DNA of 64,000 nt from Candidatus Eiseniibacteriota bacterium (lineage in GTDB: Bacteria > Eisenbacteria > RBG-16-71-46 > CAZAMP01), in the NCBI GenBank assembly GCA_965224245.1, contig OZ245046.1, forward strand, positions 5,376,001 through 5,440,000. The letters are read 5' to 3'. This document shows, piece by piece, positions 32,377 to 43,004 of this stretch (the first letter of the stretch is position 1; the number at the start of each line of letters is the position of its first letter). Under the pieces are notes generated by a model. It saw only the letters and a program-made list of their open reading frames with translations, was not told the DNA's origin and searched no databases. Both the position numbers and the translations under genes were made by a program.

Positions 32377-33006
32377 ATCAGGGAACCAGATACGAGAACT
32401 CGAGTCCTGGACGCCTCGGAGCGCCTCTTCGCGGATCGTGGGTTCGACGCCACGTCGCTTCGGAGGATCACCCACGAGGCGGGCGTGAATCTGGCGGCCG
32501 TGCACTACCACTTCGGCTCCAAGGAGGCGCTGATCCACGCCGTCGTGGGGCGGCGCGTCACGCCGCTCAACGCCGAGCGGCTCCGCCGCCTGGATGCGAT
32601 CGACCCGTCGGCCCCACGGCGCGAACGCCTGCTCGGAACAGTCGCGGCGTTCATCGTGCCGCCCTGCGAGTTCGCCCGCCAGGCGAGCTGGGGCCCGAGG
32701 TTCGTGCGGCTGATGGGGCGAGCCAAGATGGAGTCCGGCGAGCTCTTCGCGAGCGTCCGGCGTGAGTTCTTCGACACCGTGTCCGAGCGGTTCCTCGCCG
32801 CGCTGACCGCGGTATTGCCCCAGCTGGATCCGTTGACGGTGCGCTGGCGCTTCACGATGCTCGTCGGTCTGATGATCAACGCGCTCCTGGAGGACCCGCG
32901 CGGGGAGACGGATTCGCACGATCTCTGTGATCGGGTCATCGCGTTCGCGATGGCCGGTCTCGAGGCGCCGGTGCGCGTGCATGCCGAGAAGGGACCGAGC
33001 TCATGA
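32377..33006 (+). CDS. TetR family regulator (PsrA-like); no in-frame canonical start upstream of the HTH
   Basis: Frame extends upstream of the track start: DTRTRVLDASERLFADRGFDATSLRRITHEAGVNLAAVHYHFGSKEAL; start uncertain (see finding). Confidence 0.85.
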   Translation: MREPDTRTRVLDASERLFADRGFDATSLRRITHEAGVNLAAVHYHFGSKEALIHAVVGRRVTPLNAERLRRLDAIDPSAPRRERLLGTVAAFIVPPCEFARQASWGPRFVRLMGRAKMESGELFASVRREFFDTVSERFLAALTAVLPQLDPLTVRWRFTMLVGLMINALLEDPRGETDSHDLCDRVIAFAMAGLEAPVRVHAEKGPSS

Positions 33007-34502
33007 GGACCCGCGTGTCGTCCCGAGTCGCGACCGCGCCCGCGACCGTGCTGGGGCTGGGGCTGGGGCTGGGGCTAGTGCTGGGGTGCGCCGGTGCGCC
33101 CCGGGAGGTCACGCTTCCGATCGACGTGGCCGGCGTACCGGACGCGTGGACGGCTGCCGCCGACACGAGCACCGCGGGCGGTGACGGCATCACCGCGCCC
33201 TCGACCGCGGTGAGCTGGTGGAGCACGTTCGGCGACGACACGCTCGATGCGCTGGTCGCCGAGGCCGTCGCGCACAACCACGACCTGGCGCGGGCCGCCG
33301 CGGCGGTGGACGGTGCGCTCGCTCGCGCGCGCATCGCCGGCGCCGATCTCTGGCCCCAGCTGAGCGGCTCGGCACGCGCGTCGCGAGACAAGCAGATCTT
33401 CACCGGGCTGCCGATCGGCGCGACCGGCGGGGAGCTGCCGAGCTCGGAGAGCACGTCCTACCGGGTGTCGATCGACGCGAGCTGGGAGGTCGACCTGTGG
33501 GGTCGGCTGCGCCGATCCACATCGGCGGCCGCGGCCGACGTGGAGGGTGCGCTGGCCGGCTACGCGCGGTCGCGGGATGTTCTGGCGTCGCGCGTCGCGA
33601 AGGCGTGGTTTGCGCTGATCGAGGCCGAACAGCAGGTCACGCTCGCCGCCGAGAATGCCGAGAGCCACCGGAGATCGCTCGACTACGTGGACCGCCAGTA
33701 CACCGCGGGCGTCACCACGGCGCTCGACGTTCGCCTGAGCCGCTCCGATCTGGCGGTCGCCGAATCGCAGCTCGACGCCCGGCGCGAGGCGCGCGACCGG
33801 GCGGCACGGCAGCTCGAGGTGCTCCTCGGTCGCTACCCGGGAAACGACCTGCAACCGATTGCCACGCTCCCCACGATCTCGGCTCCGGCGCCGGCCGGGC
33901 TCCCGGCCACGCTCCTTTCGCGCCGGCCGGATCTGGTCCAGGCCGAGCGTCTCTGCGCCGCGGCGGGCGCCCGCGTCTCGGCGGCACAGCGCGCGCTGCT
34001 GCCCCGCATCACGCTGACCGGATCCGCCGGACGGACCAGCGACGTCCTCGAGGATCTCACCGACGGAAGCTTCTCGATCTGGAGCCTGGTCGCCGGCCTC
34101 ACACAGCCGATCTTCCAGGGCGGTCGACTTCGCGCGCAGGTGGCGGCGTCGAGTGCGGCGGAGCGCGACGCGCTCCATGCCTACGCGAGCGCCGTGCTCG
34201 GCGCGTTCGCGGAGGTCGAGGCGGCGCTCGTGGCCGAGGAGACGCTCACCCGACAGGAGGCCCACCTCGGAGACGCCGTCGAGCACGCGATCGCGGCGAC
34301 CCGGCTGGCCGACGAGCAGTATCGCTCTGGCCTCGTCGACATCGTCACCGTACTCACGTCAAAACGCCGCGCGCTGGGTGCCGAGAGCGAGCTGCTCGCG
34401 GTCCGGCGCCGCCGACTCGACACGCGCATCGACTTACACCTGGCGCTCGGCGGCGGCTTCGACCGAGACCGGGTCCTCGACAAGGAGTCAGACCCCTCAT
34501 GA
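33003..34502 (+). CDS. RND outer membrane factor lipoprotein (NodT/OprM family)
   Basis: Lipobox VLGC, WWSTFGD, SWEVDLWGRLR, RRPDL, LALGGG. Confidence 0.92.
   Translation: MRTRVSSRVATAPATVLGLGLGLGLVLGCAGAPREVTLPIDVAGVPDAWTAAADTSTAGGDGITAPSTAVSWWSTFGDDTLDALVAEAVAHNHDLARAAAAVDGALARARIAGADLWPQLSGSARASRDKQIFTGLPIGATGGELPSSESTSYRVSIDASWEVDLWGRLRRSTSAAAADVEGALAGYARSRDVLASRVAKAWFALIEAEQQVTLAAENAESHRRSLDYVDRQYTAGVTTALDVRLSRSDLAVAESQLDARREARDRAARQLEVLLGRYPGNDLQPIATLPTISAPAPAGLPATLLSRRPDLVQAERLCAAAGARVSAAQRALLPRITLTGSAGRTSDVLEDLTDGSFSIWSLVAGLTQPIFQGGRLRAQVAASSAAERDALHAYASAVLGAFAEVEAALVAEETLTRQEAHLGDAVEHAIAATRLADEQYRSGLVDIVTVLTSKRRALGAESELLAVRRRRLDTRIDLHLALGGGFDRDRVLDKESDPS
33051..33074 (+). repeat. 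(CTGGGG)4 tandem repeat encoding LGLGLGLG
   Basis: Read directly; a fifth unit at 33081-33086. Confidence 0.9.
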
Positions 34503-35788
34503 GCGATCCCTCGTCACCCGGGCCTCACGGTCGCGTCGATCGGCCACGCCGCTCCTGGCTTGCATACGTGTTGCCACCGCTCATCCTGATCGTGGCGGTG
34601 CTCGGTGCGCTCGGCATCTACCGGGCCAGGCCGAAGCCCACGCCGACGCCCATCCCCCAGGTCGCGCCGCTCGTGCGCGTGATCGACGTCGTGCCGGGAC
34701 CGCACACGTTCGTCGTGGAGTCGGAAGGCACGGTGACCCCGCGAACCGAGATCACGCTCATCCCCGAGGTCGGGGGACGAGTGGTGGAGGTCTCCCCGGA
34801 CTTCGTGGCCGGAGGCTTCTTCGCCGAGGGCGACGTGCTGCTCCGGATCGAGTCGTCCGACTACCGGGCGGCGGTCGCACAGGCCGAGGCCGCGGTGCAG
34901 GCGGCGGAGCTTCGCGCGGCGGTCGAGGAGGCGAACGCGAAGGTCGCGGTCGAGGAGTGGGAGCGGCTCGGCGGCGGCGAGGCATCACCGCTGACCACGC
35001 GGCAGCTCCAGGTGGCGGGCGCCCGGGCCGACCTCGAGGCGGCCCGGGCCGCGCTCGAGATGGCGCGCCGCAACCTGGATCGCTGCACGATCCGGGCGCC
35101 GTTCGAGGGTCGCATCCGCACGCGCTCGGTGGACGTGGGGCAGGTCGTTTCGCCGCCGGCACCCATCGCGACGATCTACGCGACCGACTACGCCGAGGTT
35201 CGGCTGCCGCTGAAGCCGTCGGATCTGGCGTTCCTGGACGTTCCCCTGCACGAGCCCGACGGCGAGTCGGTCGACGCGCCACGCGTGATCCTGCGCGGGG
35301 AGATCGCCGGGCGCGAGCACGAGTGGGAGGGTCGACTCGTCCGCACCGAGGGCATCGTGGACCCCGCGACCCGTCTCCTGAACGCGGTCGTCCGGGTCGA
35401 TCACCCGTACCGGGAGGACGTCGCCCGTCCCGGTCGACCGCCGCTGGCGATCGGTCTCTTCGTGCGGGCCGAGCTGACGGGCCGGAGCGTCGACGGAGTC
35501 GTGACCCTGCCGCGGGCGGCGCTCGTCGGTCGCGACCGCGTGTTCGTCGTCGACGACGCGGATCGGCTCGACATCCGCCGCGTGCACGTGCTCCGGGCGG
35601 GCGACGAGGCCGTGATCGACGAGGGGCTCTCGGCCGGCGATCGCGTGTGCCTGACGTCCCTCGACACGCCGGTGCCCGGGATGTCGGTGCGGGTGGTGCC
35701 CGAGCCGGCGCTCGACGAGGGCGGTGCCGACGACGGTGCCGCACGGGACGACACGGCATCCGGGCGAGCGGAAGGAGTCCGCTCGTGA
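34499..35788 (+). CDS. RND periplasmic adaptor (MFP)
   Basis: N-terminal TM anchor, PEVGGRV, IRAPFEG; ATGA overlap with OMF. Confidence 0.92.
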   Translation: MSDPSSPGPHGRVDRPRRSWLAYVLPPLILIVAVLGALGIYRARPKPTPTPIPQVAPLVRVIDVVPGPHTFVVESEGTVTPRTEITLIPEVGGRVVEVSPDFVAGGFFAEGDVLLRIESSDYRAAVAQAEAAVQAAELRAAVEEANAKVAVEEWERLGGGEASPLTTRQLQVAGARADLEAARAALEMARRNLDRCTIRAPFEGRIRTRSVDVGQVVSPPAPIATIYATDYAEVRLPLKPSDLAFLDVPLHEPDGESVDAPRVILRGEIAGREHEWEGRLVRTEGIVDPATRLLNAVVRVDHPYREDVARPGRPPLAIGLFVRAELTGRSVDGVVTLPRAALVGRDRVFVVDDADRLDIRRVHVLRAGDEAVIDEGLSAGDRVCLTSLDTPVPGMSVRVVPEPALDEGGADDGAARDDTASGRAEGVRS

Positions 35789-38700
35789 AGTCGATCATCC
35801 GCTGGTTCGCCGGGAACGGGGTGGCCGCCAACCTCCTGATGGTGTTTCTGCTGATCTCGGGCGCGATCACCGTCGCGTCGCGCGTACGGCTCGAGGTGTT
35901 CCCCGAGCTGAGCGTGGACGTGGTCACGGTCGCGGTCCCGTATCCGGGCGCGGCGCCCGAGGAGGTCGAGGAGGGCATCTCGATCCGGATCGAGGAGGCC
36001 GTCCAGGGGATCGAAGGCGTCAGGAAGGTGTCCTCCAACTCGAGCGAGGGTGTGGGCGCCGTCAGCATCGAGGCGCTGACCGGCACCGACATGGATCGCT
36101 TCGAGCGCGACATCGAGGCCGCGGTGGATGCGATCACGACGTTTCCGCTGGAGGCCGAGGAGCCGCAGATCCAGCGCGTCACGATCAAGAGCCAGGTGAT
36201 CAACGTCGCCATCTCCGGCGACGCCGACGAGACGACGTTGAAGCGACTCGGCGAGCGCGTGCGTGACGAGATCGCCGCACTGCCCGAGATCACCCAGGTG
36301 GAGCTCGTGAACGTGCGGCCGTACGAGATCGCGATCGAGGTCTCCGAGTCCGCGCTTCGCCAGTACGGTCTGACGCTCGGCGAGGTCGCCGACGCCGTCC
36401 GGCGGTCGTCGCTGGACCTGCCCGGCGGCAGCGTCCGCACCGAGGGCGGGGAGATCCTGCTCCGGGCGAAGGGGCAGGCATACGCGGGCCCGGACTTCGC
36501 CGCGCTCCCGGTTCTGACCCGACCCGACGGCAGCCGCGTCCGGGTGGGTGACGTGGCCACCGTCGTGGACGGCTTCGAGGAGACCGACCAGTTCGCGGCC
36601 TTCGACGGCGCGCCGTCGGTGATGGTTCAGGTGTTTCGCGTGGGCGACCAGAGCGCGATCGAGGTCGCGGACGCGGTCAAGCGCTACGTGGCCGACGCTC
36701 GGCCGCGCATGCCCGACGGCATCTCACTGACGACGTGGCGCGACGACACGGTCATTCTGAAGAGCCGCATGAGCCTCCTTCTCCGGAACGGCGGCGCAGG
36801 GCTCGTGCTGGTGTTCCTGGTGTTGACGCTCTTCCTCCGGTTCGGACTCGCGTTCTGGGTGACGCTGGGGATTCCCATCTCGTTCATGGGCGCGATCCTC
36901 TTGATGCCGACGCTCGATGTCTCGATCAACCTGATCTCGCTCTTCGCGTTCATCGTCGTGCTCGGCATCGTCGTGGACGATGCGATCGTGGTCGGGGAGT
37001 CGATCTACCGGACCCAGCGCGAGGGCAGGGCGGGCCTCGCGGGATCCATCGCGGGTGCGCTCGGCGTCTCCACCCCGGTGGTCTTCGCGGTGATGACGAC
37101 GATCGCCGCGTTCACGCCCCTGATGCTCGTGCCCGGCCCCACCGGCAAGATCTTCCGCGTGATCCCACTGATCGTGATCCCGACGCTCGTGTTCTCGTTG
37201 ATCGAATCGCTGTTCATCCTCCCCAATCACCTGTCGCACTCGACGAAGGAGACACACACGAGCGCGATCGCCGGAGGCTGGGCCCGGTTTCAGGATCGCT
37301 TCGCGTCCGGGCTGGAGCGGTTCATCAGCAGCCGCTACGCGCCGTTTCTCCAGCGCGTGATCCGCATGCGGTACACGACCGTGAGCGTGTTCATCGGCGT
37401 CCTGATCCTGACCATGGGAGCGGTGGCCGGTGGGCTCCTGCGCTTCACGTTCTTTCCGCCGGTGGAAGCGGACTACGTCATCGCCATGCTGACGATGCCC
37501 CAGGGCACGCCCGCCCCACGCACCGCCGCTGCGGTGGCGCGGCTGGAGGAGGCGGCCCGTGAGCTCGAACGGGAGATCGACGGCGACGTCGCGCCGGACG
37601 TTGGAACGTTCCGTCACGTGCTCGCGTCCGTCGGCGAGCAACCGTATCGCGCCGAGCAGGAGCGGAACGGACCGGGTGGTCGCTCCACGAGCTACGTCGG
37701 CAGTCAGTACGGTGAGGTCATGCTGGAGCTGTCGCGAGCCGAGGATCGCGAGCTGTCCAGCGGGGAGATCGCACAGCTCTGGCGTGAGCGGGTCGGGCTC
37801 ATTCCCGACGCCGTCGAGCTGAAGCTGACGGCCTCGCTCTTCTCACCGGGTGCGCCGATCGACATCCAACTGACCGACCCCGACGTGCACCGGCTTCGCG
37901 AGGCCGCCGACGCGCTCAAGGAGAAGCTCGGTACCTACGCGGGGGTCTTCGACATCGCCGACTCCTATCGCGCGGGCAAGGAGGAGATCGTCCTGCGTCT
38001 GACCCCCGAGGGGGAGATCCTCGGGGTGGGCGTGGCCGATCTGGCCCGTCAGGTCCGCCAGGCCTTCTACGGCGAAGAGGTGCAGCGGGTCCAGCGCGGC
38101 CGCGACGAGGTGAAGGTGATGGTGCGCTTTCCGGCCGACGCGCGCCGCTCCCTGGCCGAGCTCGAGGACATGCGTGTGCGCACGCCCGACGGCCGGGCCG
38201 TCCCGTTCTCGGTGGTCGCGCACGCCGAGTTCGGACGCGGATACTCCACGATCACCCGTGCCGATCGGCAGCGCACGCTGAACGTCACCGCGGACGTCGA
38301 TCTCTCCCAGGCCAACGCGAACGAGATCATCACCGACCTGCAGTCCGACTTCCTGCCGGCGCTGGTCCGGGGCGAGCCCGGGCTCCAATACTCCCTCGAG
38401 GGCGAGCAGCGTGAGCAGCGCGAGACGATGGGGGGGTTGCTTCAAGGGTTCCTGATCGCACAGATCATCATCTTCACGCTGATGGCCGTCCCGTTCCGGT
38501 CGTACCTGCAGCCGCTGATCATCATGTCCGCGGTGCCCTTCGGGCTGGTGGGGGCGATCTGGGGCCACGTGCTGATGGGCATGAACCTGAGCATGCTCTC
38601 GGGCTTCGGGATCGTGGCCCTCTCGGGAATCGTCGTGAACGACAACCTCGTGCTGGTGGACTTCATCAACCGAGAGCGGCGCGCGGGCCGCTCGCTCCAC

Positions 38701-39018
38701 GACGCGGTGGCCGAGGCCGGCGTCGCGCGCTTCCGCCCCATCATGCTGACGTCTCTGACCACGTTCGCCGGGCTGTTGCCGATGCTCCTCGAGAAGAGCG
38801 TGCAGGCGCAGTTCCTGATCCCGATGGCGATCTCGCTCGCGTTCGGGGTGATGTTCGCGACGTGCATCTCGCTTCTGCTCGTGCCCGCCTCGTACGTGAT
38901 CCTCGAGGACGTGGCTCGCCTGCTGAGGATCCCGGCCGGCGAGTTCGGGCGAGCTCACGGGGCCGGGTCCGACACGGCGCCGGCCTCCGCGCTGGGATCG
39001 GGGGTCGGCTCTCCCTGA
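35785..39018 (+). CDS. RND efflux permease (AcrB/HAE1 family)
   Basis: GTG start at 35785; GIVVDDAIVV, RFRPIMLTSLTT, PMAISLAFG. Confidence 0.93.
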   Translation: MKSIIRWFAGNGVAANLLMVFLLISGAITVASRVRLEVFPELSVDVVTVAVPYPGAAPEEVEEGISIRIEEAVQGIEGVRKVSSNSSEGVGAVSIEALTGTDMDRFERDIEAAVDAITTFPLEAEEPQIQRVTIKSQVINVAISGDADETTLKRLGERVRDEIAALPEITQVELVNVRPYEIAIEVSESALRQYGLTLGEVADAVRRSSLDLPGGSVRTEGGEILLRAKGQAYAGPDFAALPVLTRPDGSRVRVGDVATVVDGFEETDQFAAFDGAPSVMVQVFRVGDQSAIEVADAVKRYVADARPRMPDGISLTTWRDDTVILKSRMSLLLRNGGAGLVLVFLVLTLFLRFGLAFWVTLGIPISFMGAILLMPTLDVSINLISLFAFIVVLGIVVDDAIVVGESIYRTQREGRAGLAGSIAGALGVSTPVVFAVMTTIAAFTPLMLVPGPTGKIFRVIPLIVIPTLVFSLIESLFILPNHLSHSTKETHTSAIAGGWARFQDRFASGLERFISSRYAPFLQRVIRMRYTTVSVFIGVLILTMGAVAGGLLRFTFFPPVEADYVIAMLTMPQGTPAPRTAAAVARLEEAARELEREIDGDVAPDVGTFRHVLASVGEQPYRAEQERNGPGGRSTSYVGSQYGEVMLELSRAEDRELSSGEIAQLWRERVGLIPDAVELKLTASLFSPGAPIDIQLTDPDVHRLREAADALKEKLGTYAGVFDIADSYRAGKEEIVLRLTPEGEILGVGVADLARQVRQAFYGEEVQRVQRGRDEVKVMVRFPADARRSLAELEDMRVRTPDGRAVPFSVVAHAEFGRGYSTITRADRQRTLNVTADVDLSQANANEIITDLQSDFLPALVRGEPGLQYSLEGEQREQRETMGGLLQGFLIAQIIIFTLMAVPFRSYLQPLIIMSAVPFGLVGAIWGHVLMGMNLSMLSGFGIVALSGIVVNDNLVLVDFINRERRAGRSLHDAVAEAGVARFRPIMLTSLTTFAGLLPMLLEKSVQAQFLIPMAISLAFGVMFATCISLLLVPASYVILEDVARLLRIPAGEFGRAHGAGSDTAPASALGSGVGSP

Positions 39019-39147
39019 GGCCGAGCCGCCACCCGGCCCGCACGCGGACCCGATTCCGACGCGGTCTCGGTGCAGAAGACCTTGAAGGGCATACCGGATT
39101 CACCGTACAGTATTCGAACATCGCTGGGGGGAAGTCAGGAGGGCGTC

Positions 39148-41907
39148 ATGTCCTGCGTTCGACGGCCCCGCGGTGTCGAATCCCCTGTCCGCTCCGCGGT
39201 CGATCCCCTCACCCCTCGCTCGCCGGTGCGTTCGCACCCGTCATGGCCCGTCGGCCTCATACGGACGGTCGTTCGTATGCTCACCGCGGTCTGTCTGGTG
39301 GCCACGTCGGCGGTCTCGCTCACGATCACGGGCACGATCACCGATGCGGGCAACCGCGAGCCGCTGCCGTGGGCCAACGTCGTCCTCACCGGCACCGGTC
39401 TCGGCGCCAGCTCGAACGACGACGGCGTGTTCACGATCCGGGACGTCCCCCCTGGCGAGTACGTGCTGCGGGTGAGCTACATGGGATACGCCACCCACAC
39501 CCGCGCCGTCGTCGTCTCGATCGACTCCGAGCCGCTGGCGGTGACCCTGATACCGACCGTCATCACGCTCCCCCCGGTCGACGTGCACGACACGCGGGAG
39601 CTCCGGAACGAGGCGACGCCCGAAAGCAAGTTCCAGGTCACGAGCGAGGAGATCGATCGGTCTCTGGCGGACGACGTCGAGCAGGTGATCGAGCTCAAGC
39701 CGGGGCTCATCGGCAAGGGTGACAAGCTCTACGTGCGTGGCGGTCGCGAGGACGAGCTCGACCTGAAGGTCAACGACGTGTCGGTGGTGGATCCGCTCAC
39801 CGGCGCTCGTCCAAAGCTCAGCATCCTCTCGGTCGCCCGGACCGAGCTGGTCACCGGAGGGCAGAACGCCCGGGATGGTCAGACCATCGGGGGCTCGCTG
39901 AACGTGCGCACGCGCGAAGGATCGGACCGCATCCAGGGTCGGATCCAGTACGAGACCGACGACTTCGGCGCGCCGGACAAGACGTACGACAACCTGGACC
40001 GTGTGCTGGTCGGCATCGGAGGACCGACCTGGATTCCCGAGATGACGTACTACGCGTCGCTCCAGGGTACGTGGCAGGACTCGTACCCCGCGACGCGCGA
40101 GCGACGCTCGCATCGCCGGGTCCTCGACTTCATCTCCATCGGGGATCGCATGGTCAACGATGTCCGGCTGCAGGGGAAGCTCGCCTGGCGGCCGTCCGCT
40201 CCGGTCAAGCTGTCGATGGAGTCGATGATCAGCCGGACGCGTTCGGACGAGTACCACCACAACTGGACGTGGGAGGGCTACGTTCAGACCATCGTCGACA
40301 CGCTCGACGACGGGAGCACGGTCACACGCCGCGGGGCCCGGAGCCCGTTTCCCGTGGACGACACGTACGAGTACTACAACGCGGCCGAGCACACGCCCGA
40401 TCGGGACGAGCGGTTCCAGCTCCACCAGCTCGGGCTGCGTCACGTGCTGTCAGCCGATACGTTCTACACCCTCAGGCTGTCGCACGTCCGGCGCCGCGCC
40501 GAGTCGACGGTGGCGGGGAAGTCGCCGTGGGAGTACGACGGGTCGAGCCGCCAGGACTACTACTACGACTACGCCGCCGACGAGATCTCGCCCTTCTACG
40601 CGACCTACGGCGACCTGCCCCGGTGGAGTCGCAACGTGTCGCGCGTGACCACGATCTCGGCCGACCTCACGAAGAGGGCCGGCAACCACACGCTCGAGGT
40701 GGGCGCCGAAGGCCGGTACAACGATCTCGAGGTGCACGACATCGGCTCGATGTTCCGGGGCGCGAACGACGCGGGCGGCATCGGCATCGAGGATCGGTAT
40801 CACTTCTACCAGCCCGAGGGTGGTGTCTATGCAGCGGACACCTGGGAGTACGAGGGGATGGTGCTGAACCTCGGCATGCGCCTCGACGCGTTCTCGGCCG
40901 GCGAGCAGCTGGACGAGGCCGAGATCGACCGGCGCGTGCGGCTCCAGTGGAGCCCGCGGGTGGGCATCGCCTATCCCGTGACCGAGCGTGACGTGTTCAG
41001 CTTCCACTACGGACACCTGTACCAGAGTCCGAGCCGCCACACGCTCTACACCAATCGCAACACGTTCAACGGGGGCGTGGTCGGCAATCCGAACCTCCGG
41101 AGCAAGCACACGGTGGCCTACCAGGCGACACTCCAGCATCTGTTCAACGAGACCGTTCGGCTGCAGTTCGCCGTGTACTACAAGGACATCTTCGGTCTGT
41201 TGACGATCCGGGAGGAGACCGTTCAGACCTCGGCGGCGCCCGTCGCGCGCTTCGTCAACCGCGACTACGCGTCCGCCCGCGGGATCGAGTTCACACTGAC
41301 CCGGAGCTTCGTGGCCGGCGTGACCGGCGAGGTCAGCTATGCGTACGGGCACGCGACCGGTGTCGCATCGGACGTCACGACGTCTCGGGCGTTCCGCTAC
41401 AACGCCATCTCCGAGCAGCCCCTGGACTGGGACGTGCGACACAGCGTGAGCGCACGCATGTCGCTGGCCGATCCCCGTGGGAGCTGGTTTCTGAACGCGG
41501 TGTACCAGATCAGCTCGGGCAGCCCCTACACGCCCCGCACGCGAGCCGATCGCGACGTCGAGCCCGAGATCGTGAACTCCCGCCGTCTCCCGGCGACGTC
41601 GACGCTCACGGTGCAGGCCGAGCGACGGATCCAGCTCTGGGGTCGGGCGCTGAAGCTTTTCGTGCGCGCGACGAACCTCCTGGACAGCCGCAACCTGATC
41701 GCGCTGGAGTCGGCATTGCCCACGCCGTCGCCCGCGTTCGATCCCACGAGCTACGTGATCTACTACACCGAGACCGGCAACACCGGAGGCGCCTATCTCA
41801 CGACCGACACCGACGGTGACGGGGAGGACGACTGGGTCGCCCTCCACGATCCGAGTGTGTTCGAGGAGGGACGGAGCGTGCGGGTCGGGGTCACGATCGA
41901 CTTCTAG
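39148..41907 (+). CDS. TonB-dependent receptor with N-terminal carboxypeptidase-regulatory-like domain
   Basis: ITGTITDAGNREPLPWANV, plug YVRGGR, SPRVGIAYP, C-terminal VGVTIDF. Start could be 39148 (AGGAGG RBS) or 39277. Confidence 0.88.
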   Translation: MSCVRRPRGVESPVRSAVDPLTPRSPVRSHPSWPVGLIRTVVRMLTAVCLVATSAVSLTITGTITDAGNREPLPWANVVLTGTGLGASSNDDGVFTIRDVPPGEYVLRVSYMGYATHTRAVVVSIDSEPLAVTLIPTVITLPPVDVHDTRELRNEATPESKFQVTSEEIDRSLADDVEQVIELKPGLIGKGDKLYVRGGREDELDLKVNDVSVVDPLTGARPKLSILSVARTELVTGGQNARDGQTIGGSLNVRTREGSDRIQGRIQYETDDFGAPDKTYDNLDRVLVGIGGPTWIPEMTYYASLQGTWQDSYPATRERRSHRRVLDFISIGDRMVNDVRLQGKLAWRPSAPVKLSMESMISRTRSDEYHHNWTWEGYVQTIVDTLDDGSTVTRRGARSPFPVDDTYEYYNAAEHTPDRDERFQLHQLGLRHVLSADTFYTLRLSHVRRRAESTVAGKSPWEYDGSSRQDYYYDYAADEISPFYATYGDLPRWSRNVSRVTTISADLTKRAGNHTLEVGAEGRYNDLEVHDIGSMFRGANDAGGIGIEDRYHFYQPEGGVYAADTWEYEGMVLNLGMRLDAFSAGEQLDEAEIDRRVRLQWSPRVGIAYPVTERDVFSFHYGHLYQSPSRHTLYTNRNTFNGGVVGNPNLRSKHTVAYQATLQHLFNETVRLQFAVYYKDIFGLLTIREETVQTSAAPVARFVNRDYASARGIEFTLTRSFVAGVTGEVSYAYGHATGVASDVTTSRAFRYNAISEQPLDWDVRHSVSARMSLADPRGSWFLNAVYQISSGSPYTPRTRADRDVEPEIVNSRRLPATSTLTVQAERRIQLWGRALKLFVRATNLLDSRNLIALESALPTPSPAFDPTSYVIYYTETGNTGGAYLTTDTDGDGEDDWVALHDPSVFEEGRSVRVGVTIDF

Positions 41908-42692
41908 CCGACCTTTGTCGGCTCCGCTCGGCGACCGGCGGCCGCCGCTCGACCGTGCACGGGGAGGAGGATGCGACATCGAACGCCGCGGTCCTCCGAC
42001 ATCGAGACGTCCACCGATCCGCCGATCTGGTTGAGGCGTGCGTACACCGTCGGAAGGCCGAACCCCACGGCCTTTCCGACCGCTTTGGTGGTGAAGAACG
42101 GCTCGAAGATGAGATCACGGATCTCGTCGGTGATCCCGGCGCCGTCGTCGGTGATCTCGACCACGGCCCACTCGACGCCGTCGTCGCGGCGGCGGGAGAC
42201 GTCGATCTGGATCGGGCCACCGCCGGGCATCGCTTCGGCGGCGTTGGCCACGATGCTGTCCAGGATCTCGGCCAGCACGCTCTCCTGGATCGTGATGCGC
42301 ATCGGGCTCTCGGACGACGCGAGGCCGATCCGACAGCCGGAGGCGACGCTGTCGCACCAGCGCCCGCGCGCGTTCCGTATCCACTCGATCAGGTCCAGCT
42401 CGGTCGGGGCATCGCGACACGGTCGGGTCATGTTCAGGAGACGCTCGGTCAAGGACGCGGCGCGACGCGACACGTCGTCGATTCCGTCCAGGCAGCTCCT
42501 CCACCGCGGTGCGTCCTCCGGCGGAAGGTCACTCTCGACCATGTCCCGCAGAAGCTCAACGTTGCCGAGGATCGCGGTCAGCACGTTGTTGATGTCGTGT
42601 GCGATGCCGCTCGTGACGCGGGCGATCGCGTCCATCTTCCGGGGGTCGAGGCCGGCTCTCTGATCACGCCCACGCGTCGCCAATCTACGCAT
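41904..42692 (-). CDS. Cytoplasmic histidine kinase (HisKA + HATPase) lacking sensor and receiver
   Basis: [16 protein letters not shown]-box, [24 protein letters not shown]. Confidence 0.85.
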   Translation of the reverse strand: MRRLATRGRDQRAGLDPRKMDAIARVTSGIAHDINNVLTAILGNVELLRDMVESDLPPEDAPRWRSCLDGIDDVSRRAASLTERLLNMTRPCRDAPTELDLIEWIRNARGRWCDSVASGCRIGLASSESPMRITIQESVLAEILDSIVANAAEAMPGGGPIQIDVSRRRDDGVEWAVVEITDDGAGITDEIRDLIFEPFFTTKAVGKAVGFGLPTVYARLNQIGGSVDVSMSEDRGVRCRILLPVHGRAAAAGRRAEPTKVG

Positions 42693-43004
42693 CGGATACC
42701 GTTCCCACGTTGGGGTTGTCGAGACCCCGGCACGGAGGCGACGAGCGAACGTCCCGGACGGACCGACCCGAAGAGGTGGGCGGCGATGGACGCTGCGCTG
42801 GGCGGGGCGCGGGCGGCATCGACTCGGGGCCGGCTGTCACGGGCATTTCGTCGCGTTCATGAGCCGGGCAGTGCATGTTCCAGAGTGCGGCAATTGGATC
42901 TCTGGAGTTGGGTATCGACGACGACCCGAAATGCCTTAGCGCGAAGGCGATCGCCGTTCGGAGCCGGTGCCGGATCAGGCCGCTCGGGCCGGCGGTGGCC
43001 GACG

